From a virus (lineage: Duplodnaviria; Caudoviricetes): a DNA stretch of 64,000 nucleotides. A model generated the notes under the pieces. That model was not told where the DNA came from and did not search any database. It saw only the letters and a program-made list of their open reading frames with translations. Below, piece by piece: positions 57,800 through 64,000 of this stretch; position 1 is the stretch's first letter, and each line of letters starts with the position of its first letter. Both the position numbers and the translations under genes were made by a program. Location: the IMG/VR virus record IMGVR_UViG_3300033144_003431, positions 13,336-77,335 of that record; one strand, given 5' to 3'.

Positions 57800-58567
57800 A
57801 TTGATTGGAGTGTAGACGATCTTAAACGCCGGGTTCGTCTGGGATCCCCGTTGTAGAGGACCAAGGTCCGTGTAGTGAACAATCTCGAAAAAATCAGAAC
57901 GTTCTTCAATACGAAACAAGTATAGACGTTTGTGATGCCAGTTGGTAAATCCAAGAGACTTGGGATCCGCAGCAATCATTAACGCATAAAGACCGGGAGT
58001 GACATGTTCAGCAGTAGCGGGCACTTCTTTGAGGTCTATCAGTTTGGCTTTTTGATAGTAACCAAGACCATGTGGATCAGGCGGCAAATCACGAATTGGT
58101 TTTTCCGTACTGTAGCTTGAACCAGCAGAGTATGATGCTAAGCATGGTTGACTACCACAGCTAGCTGCCAATGATATAGTATCAATCTGGCCACTAGTGC
58201 CTGCACCTAAACCTTGTCGAAATCCATATAAGGTACCACCAATCTCTGCAAGATCATCTGGATCAACAGCACTAATAAATACACCAATAGTCTTGTCCCA
58301 GTGCCAAAAGATTGGATCTAAAGAGAGACCAGAACTATCATACGTGAATCTCCAAATGAAATGCTCGTATACAACATTGCCAAATTGTGGGCTACCATTG
58401 ATGTATATCTTTTTGTCTACACCATCGTCTACATATGTCATCTCGGGAAAAAATACATCTCCTCTACTGCCAGCAGGGCTACTAGGGAAATTTAGGTTAG
58501 CTGTCGGTACCGTAATAACTTCTTCTCGTATGAAGTTCAGATGTTCATCATAAATCTGAAACTGCAT
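57797..58567 (-). CDS. probable virion protein
   Basis: ATG 58567 overlaps the end of the upstream gene; aromatic beta-rich. Confidence 0.5.
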   Translation of the reverse strand: MQFQIYDEHLNFIREEVITVPTANLNFPSSPAGSRGDVFFPEMTYVDDGVDKKIYINGSPQFGNVVYEHFIWRFTYDSSGLSLDPIFWHWDKTIGVFISAVDPDDLAEIGGTLYGFRQGLGAGTSGQIDTISLAASCGSQPCLASYSAGSSYSTEKPIRDLPPDPHGLGYYQKAKLIDLKEVPATAEHVTPGLYALMIAADPKSLGFTNWHHKRLYLFRIEERSDFFEIVHYTDLGPLQRGSQTNPAFKIVYTPIN

Positions 58568-59960
58568 ATCTAATTTCAGGCGTACCAGCAACACCACTTG
58601 GTATACGCACAAGTGTCGTGTGTTGAGACCAGTCCTGAGCAGGGTTGCCTGCAAAACCAGGATCACCAGTGCTCTTTTCTAAGTCAGCATAACGCAACCA
58701 CATGTATTTACCAGTATGTGGTGATATTGCACATAAACCAGATGGAGGAGAAGTTTGTGCGTTTACAAGACTAGTTATATTCCCAAAATCTAAAATCCAG
58801 AGAGCATCATTGAATACTTCAAATCCTTCTGATCCACCAAAAAACATACCACCAGAAGCAATGGGCGGTACATCAACGGGAGTACGTATCTGATCTAATG
58901 GAAACGCCTCGTCGTTATTTGGCCAACGACTAATTATACCAGATTCAACAGCAGTGCGTACATGTTCTCTGCGATTACGTGCTGCTACAGCGTACACGCC
59001 AGATGCAAAAGTGCCAGAAGGCGTGACAAAGATACGAGCAAAATCAACATCAACACCAGAAGACCCAACGGTACGTGGTGCTGCTGTACCATAACCAAAG
59101 TCACCACCAGGACTTGTACCGGATCCTGGAGCATTGGTATACTTGATACCACCATCACTCATTTGTCCTAAGAATACGTCAGTAAAATCCCCTAGTGCAT
59201 AACCATCAATACGAACAAACCCAGAAGCGACATGATCCGTTCTATACAAATCATTACCAGCTAATGAACTGGGTTCCCTTCCTGTGTGAGTAACAAGACC
59301 TGCATCTGTTCTCATGAAGTTAGGGAACATCGGCATGATGGGCACCTGAAAATCATTCACTGTGCCGTTGCTATGATTACCGTGAGCGTTTGTACGTTTT
59401 GGTTGAGCTAAAAATGGATATGGATTCCACATCACTTCTGCATAATCAATGTCAAACAAATATCCTGAAGTGGCTATCACGTCGGCGTCTTCTCCAACAA
59501 TGAATCCTTCATGTGAAGGAGCACGATGGAGATAAATTCCTGGGTCTGCTTGACCGCTCGGACTTTCAGGGTATATCTGACTAAACCAATCTGTCCTATG
59601 TTGTGTAGACGTATAGTTTGAATCTACAGAATAACTGTGAAACAAAAAGTTTAGACTCTTTCTTAGATCAAGAATATAGCCTACATCTGTAGCACTACCC
59701 ACCATAAAAGGGTTGGCCAACGTAGCACCACCCGGCTGTGGTTCATACGTGCCAGATGGTGGCGACAAATCAAATGAACGATAAGCGTACCAATCAGGCA
59801 AGAAGGTAGAATCAAATAACTGTCTGTGTTCAGCAGTATGAGCAAATTGAGCATCCTCAATCGTCACACCAGAGTAAGAAATTTGAATACCTTCTGCTGG
59901 TTGTCGGAATGGTTGCCCATTCTCATACGCATAAGGAATTTGTCCAGAACCAATAACCAT
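58548..59960 (-). CDS. probable virion (tail/baseplate) protein
   Basis: 470 aa, G/P/S-rich, coupled to 59960. Confidence 0.55.
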   Translation of the reverse strand: MVIGSGQIPYAYENGQPFRQPAEGIQISYSGVTIEDAQFAHTAEHRQLFDSTFLPDWYAYRSFDLSPPSGTYEPQPGGATLANPFMVGSATDVGYILDLRKSLNFLFHSYSVDSNYTSTQHRTDWFSQIYPESPSGQADPGIYLHRAPSHEGFIVGEDADVIATSGYLFDIDYAEVMWNPYPFLAQPKRTNAHGNHSNGTVNDFQVPIMPMFPNFMRTDAGLVTHTGREPSSLAGNDLYRTDHVASGFVRIDGYALGDFTDVFLGQMSDGGIKYTNAPGSGTSPGGDFGYGTAAPRTVGSSGVDVDFARIFVTPSGTFASGVYAVAARNRREHVRTAVESGIISRWPNNDEAFPLDQIRTPVDVPPIASGGMFFGGSEGFEVFNDALWILDFGNITSLVNAQTSPPSGLCAISPHTGKYMWLRYADLEKSTGDPGFAGNPAQDWSQHTTLVRIPSGVAGTPEIRYAVSDL

Positions 59961-62900
59961 TAGAGTACCAATTTCTGAATGAATCCAGGCTTTACGATTT
60001 CAATATAATTGACTGTTGCAGTAGCACCAAAGCTACCACTAGCTACACTAAGCGTCACTAAGTACCCTTTATCGCCAGAAGCGGCTAGCTCTGGGAACGG
60101 AATAGGCACTACGTTTCCTGTAAGTGTCCCCGAAGACACAACCTGTCCATTGAAATCTAGTGGTCGGACATTTGCTCTAGCAGTAGACTCACCAGGACGT
60201 GCCACACCAATAATTTGAACAGGCGTTACGCCAGCAGCATCGGTCACTGTACCGTTAATGAAGATCGTACCATCGCTGGCTCCAGGCGACACGGGAGCAT
60301 CACCTTGAACAGCAAGTGTTGTCTTGTCACCAAGAGATACAGAACCATTCAAAACTTCAACAGCAAACACGGCACGATCCGTACCTAAAGCCGATGCCGT
60401 TGGATCAACAATTGTCACATCATATTTAGTAGGCTCATCAACATTAGAGCGTTCAACTTCAACAATAGTACCATTGCCAAACGGACGACCTTGAGTAAAG
60501 TATCTTAGGATAGTGTTGCCTCCAGATAGTTCGAACTCATCCGTATGATACATTGCCTCATCATTAATGTTTAGGAAACCATCAATACAAATAGCACCTT
60601 CCTGAAAGTCAATACTACTACCAGCGGTAGATGGTTTCGTATATAGGTTTTGATCAATCCCTCTATAGCGTTCATCTACTTCGTCACCAGCAGTGCTAGA
60701 AAGAGTAAATATATTGTTCACTTCCGTAATCGTCACGCGAACCGCACGTTCTTCGCGATCAAAGAATAGTGGCGGAACAAATGGATCACCCGGAAGAATT
60801 GGATTCGTCGGAGGTCCAGGAGTAGGATCGAGTAGTGCTAGACTACTGAAGTCAATAGGATTCAGGACGCCATTCAGAACGGCACGTACACGTTCTCCCA
60901 ATGGGGCTTCGCGGCCAAATTTCGGGAAGTACGACTGAATTTTGTATCTGGTTAGGAACCCTTCGGTTCCAAACGAAATGTTCGTCTCACTTACGCCGTG
61001 ACTAATTTCACCATATGATCCAGAAGGACCGATCCCTTGTTCAGCAAAAGCATCAAATGACAGGAGCGGTAATCCAACCTGATTGAAGTCAGCATAGCGT
61101 GAAGAACTCTTGGGGACAATCTTGCCCTCAGCTCTGCGAACTGCACGACTAGACATAACCTGTAAAGATGTTTCATCGCCCACAGGAGAGAATGCCCAAG
61201 GCACAAACTGGTCGTCTAGTTGTACGTCTTCGTCACGTTCGTAATGGAGATCGCCCAATACCCACTGACTTGGGTAAGATTGTCCATAACGATTACGGGC
61301 CTGCACCGGAATAGCTACGCCAGATAGAGCATTATAAACATTCAGGACAACCGCAGGGTTGATGATGTCCAGTGTTGTCTCAGCGTCTAACTTTGCATTA
61401 GTTGTTACCAGTGTAGCCAGTGAAGAAATGATATTGTCAACAGATAGACCACCAGAGGCTCCAGCGTTAATGGGTAATTGACACCAAATGGTTCCTTCTG
61501 GATAATCTTCAAAAGAATACAGTGCATCGCTGCGAGGGTTGATCACACGGTTACCCACGATAGTCAACTCTACAGGAATGTAATGGCTACCATCTCCGGT
61601 GGGATTGAACGGGGGTGCATCTTCTGTCCAGTTACCAAAACCAGCAGGATTACTGTCGCCCTGTGGTCCATAAACCGTATCACCTGGCAAACGACAATAA
61701 GCACTAACACGAAAGTCATCAGTAATAAACGGACTAACTGGACCCAGGTCTCTATTGATTTCATAATCTTCAACGAAAACACCACTAGTTCCCGTTGTGC
61801 CAGAAGGAGATAAAGAGAATCCTTCTGCTTGATTTTCTACGTTAGCCCACGCAGCACCAACAAGATTATATAGTCCCTCAGCATCATCAAACAGTAGTCC
61901 TTCAAGAACATACGAACGACCATAATGCCTAGAAGCATGATCACGTAGTCTTGCGTAAAAAGACAATACCCAGTTTTGTTCTTCGTCTCTACGATTATTA
62001 ATAACACGAATACCAGACTCGGCTGCACCAGTTGCTAGACCGGCCAACGGCATCACTGGATCAAAACGACTCTGAAATGCTGGATGTTGAGCAGCAACAG
62101 ATCCAGCATCAGATGGAAGATCATAGCCAGCAGGATCACTCAGAACACTCGTAGTCTGGTAAATCTTGAAATAAGTCCATTGCTCAATACCCGCAAGAGC
62201 AAGTTGTAATTCTTTTTCTTGAGGGATATATGTGCGATAGAAACCATCAGCATCATAGAAACCAACTGTCAACTTATTCCACGCGGGCTGAAACACAACG
62301 CCGCTCTGTATACTGTTTATATCAGTTAAATCATCGAGTGCTGAAGTGTCTAATCCATCGATAGGACTTAGTAAGTGTGAATTAATAAAACCTTCCTGGT
62401 GACCACCCAAAACGCGGAAGCGTGTAGGATCAGATACAACATCCTGGCCAAAACCAAGCTGCTTTGTTTCATTCAATCCACTGGTGCTACCAAACTCAGA
62501 TACTAGATCAAGGATGTCTGATTCACTGATATCAAACGTTGTTTTCTTATTGATCAGGTTGATACGTTGAGCATCCATGCTCCAATACCAATCATAGCCG
62601 GTATCTAGAAGTATACGAGATAACACTTCATCCAGTTGCGATAAATTAAACTGGAAACGAAGAGCCTCAATGGTACCACCAATATTCTTTTCAAGCTGCT
62701 CTACCGTAGGTAGATCAGACACAGGAACAGAACACTTGCCTTCATTAAAGTGTAAATCAATAGCAGCTAACACCTGACTATATGTAGCACCAAACTGTAA
62801 GATGCGACGATACTCTTTAATGTTAGGATCATTAGGATCGCCACCAACGTCAGTTAGACCATTGACTACTCGATAGCCTCTAGCAACAGATACAACACCA

Positions 62901-63313
62901 CTGGGTGCATCTTCTCCTAGGTCTTCCGTGTGAATCTTTACTCGTCTCAGTTCGTGTCTATTGTCTTCAACTGTAACACTAACAATAGTACCACCAGCAC
63001 TGGCTGTATAATCAGAGTGAGTAACTTTTCCTCTAAAAAAGAAATCACCTACGAAGAGTTCTAGAGAGTGCCCGATATCTGGCAGTTGGCCGGAAGCACC
63101 GTGGAATGCACACGGGTCGCCACATGGCACCCATTCCGTCTGGAACGAATGCGGCGTTAAGTTGAAACCAAATGAAGCATTCACCGACGATAGGAACGCA
63201 CATAGTTGCGATCCCGGTTCGTTACTGGCAAACTGACCGGAAGGCCATTCGATGCCGTTAAGGGGTACACCTACCCCACTAACAACAATGCCGTCTGAAA
63301 CAAGAATATTCAT
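59960..63313 (-). CDS. large probable tail/baseplate protein
   Basis: 1117 aa, acidic beta-rich; N-terminal pattern (FRGKVT, VSVTVED, GYDWY) reminiscent of baseplate hub proteins. Confidence 0.55.
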   Translation of the reverse strand: MNILVSDGIVVSGVGVPLNGIEWPSGQFASNEPGSQLCAFLSSVNASFGFNLTPHSFQTEWVPCGDPCAFHGASGQLPDIGHSLELFVGDFFFRGKVTHSDYTASAGGTIVSVTVEDNRHELRRVKIHTEDLGEDAPSGVVSVARGYRVVNGLTDVGGDPNDPNIKEYRRILQFGATYSQVLAAIDLHFNEGKCSVPVSDLPTVEQLEKNIGGTIEALRFQFNLSQLDEVLSRILLDTGYDWYWSMDAQRINLINKKTTFDISESDILDLVSEFGSTSGLNETKQLGFGQDVVSDPTRFRVLGGHQEGFINSHLLSPIDGLDTSALDDLTDINSIQSGVVFQPAWNKLTVGFYDADGFYRTYIPQEKELQLALAGIEQWTYFKIYQTTSVLSDPAGYDLPSDAGSVAAQHPAFQSRFDPVMPLAGLATGAAESGIRVINNRRDEEQNWVLSFYARLRDHASRHYGRSYVLEGLLFDDAEGLYNLVGAAWANVENQAEGFSLSPSGTTGTSGVFVEDYEINRDLGPVSPFITDDFRVSAYCRLPGDTVYGPQGDSNPAGFGNWTEDAPPFNPTGDGSHYIPVELTIVGNRVINPRSDALYSFEDYPEGTIWCQLPINAGASGGLSVDNIISSLATLVTTNAKLDAETTLDIINPAVVLNVYNALSGVAIPVQARNRYGQSYPSQWVLGDLHYERDEDVQLDDQFVPWAFSPVGDETSLQVMSSRAVRRAEGKIVPKSSSRYADFNQVGLPLLSFDAFAEQGIGPSGSYGEISHGVSETNISFGTEGFLTRYKIQSYFPKFGREAPLGERVRAVLNGVLNPIDFSSLALLDPTPGPPTNPILPGDPFVPPLFFDREERAVRVTITEVNNIFTLSSTAGDEVDERYRGIDQNLYTKPSTAGSSIDFQEGAICIDGFLNINDEAMYHTDEFELSGGNTILRYFTQGRPFGNGTIVEVERSNVDEPTKYDVTIVDPTASALGTDRAVFAVEVLNGSVSLGDKTTLAVQGDAPVSPGASDGTIFINGTVTDAAGVTPVQIIGVARPGESTARANVRPLDFNGQVVSSGTLTGNVVPIPFPELAASGDKGYLVTLSVASGSFGATATVNYIEIVKPGFIQKLVL

Positions 63314-63921
63314 ACCTTACTCCATTTTCTTAACAAGTATGGAATGTCTAGTCCCATCAGATGTCGTGCAACATTAACAGCACGTCGGCCCTTGACTCTA
63401 TAGTTACATGACCTTTTATTCTTATAGTAATATAGCTTAGCTAATGATTTACCTTTAAAGGTATTACTGTCTAGTTCATCAAAAACATCTTTAATCCATG
63501 ATAACATAGACTCATTACCAGTCACTTGCAACGCTAAATATTTGTCATCTTCTTTGTAGATTGATCCATCGCCATCAATATAGCCTACAATATAAGATAA
63601 CATATTGTCTCCAATCAAATGAGTAGGTGGCATAAGTATATGCGTCTTACGAGGACCAATAAAAAAGTTTCGATTAAGATCTGATAACAGTTTTTTACTA
63701 TAAGCACGCAACTCTGTCAGGTCTATTCTAGCTTGTCGTAATGGTCTATTAGATTCCATATCATCAGCCAATTGTTGCAGATGATTCTTGTCCTGATTAT
63801 TCAATGCAACAATCAATTCGTCTCGATACACACATCCATCTGCCGCAATAAACCCCGCCCAATAGGAGTTCAATACGTTTGGATGTTCGAAAAAATCCTG
63901 ATTAAGTGTATACTTTCTCAT
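63310..63921 (-). CDS. LAGLIDADG homing endonuclease (two motifs)
   Basis: YWAGFIAADG and YIVGYIDGDG. Confidence 0.9.
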   Translation of the reverse strand: MRKYTLNQDFFEHPNVLNSYWAGFIAADGCVYRDELIVALNNQDKNHLQQLADDMESNRPLRQARIDLTELRAYSKKLLSDLNRNFFIGPRKTHILMPPTHLIGDNMLSYIVGYIDGDGSIYKEDDKYLALQVTGNESMLSWIKDVFDELDSNTFKGKSLAKLYYYKNKRSCNYRVKGRRAVNVARHLMGLDIPYLLRKWSKV

Positions 63922-63998
63922 TTCTGACTATTTAAAAAATCTGAACCACTTTCGAGTGAATCACACCAGATCACACCACGCGAATCGCGTACACACCA
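63918..63998 (-). CDS. 3' end of a gene entering from outside the window
   Basis: Open frame WCVRDSRGVIWCDSLESGSDFLNSQK* ends in an ATGA overlap with 63921. Confidence 0.45.
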   Translation of the reverse strand, partial: WCVRDSRGVIWCDSLESGSDFLNSQK

Positions 63999-64000
63999 GA

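Noticed and set aside
63940-64000. CACACCA x3, a CACT-TTCG-AGTG hairpin and an ACGCG/CGCGT palindrome, as a possible origin or repeat array
   Set aside because: An open minus-strand frame ending in an ATGA overlap explains the region as a gene end; too short to assess at the window edge
1-64000. Stop-codon reassignment, CRISPR array, tRNA or rRNA genes
   Set aside because: Known genes are full length in the standard code and all three stops are used; no repeat-spacer array or cloverleaf was seen in the few short gaps

Overview
A gene-dense 64-kb segment of a large tailed dsDNA bacteriophage (inferred from gene content; host unknown), read in the standard code with AGGAG-type RBSs and pervasive start/stop overlaps. 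A + strand block (1-11215) converges at a terminator on a - strand block (11266-64000). The window holds a bacterial-style replisome (DnaE, epsilon-like exonuclease, DnaB, DnaG, SSB-like protein, RecA) and nucleotide genes (class II RNR, ThyX, MazG-like, GMP reductase/IMPDH family). It also holds two sigma factors, ClpP, PhoH, a Map + peptide deformylase pair, about ten free-standing homing endonucleases and two blocks of probable virion genes. An 18.6-kb glycan island encodes Gmd, Fcl, about 11 glycosyltransferases and 4 methyltransferases. Best candidate for a new system: the probable virion proteins are asymmetrically enriched in Ser-Gly-(V/I/L/T/F/Q), which may be the acceptor sequon for phage-encoded virion O-glycosylation. 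Other signals are several apparently catalytically dead enzyme homologues, an Lsr2-like dimerisation protein, and a TAGTGTA promoter-like motif that reuses upstream TAG stop codons. All calls come from reading motifs by eye; no database searches were run.
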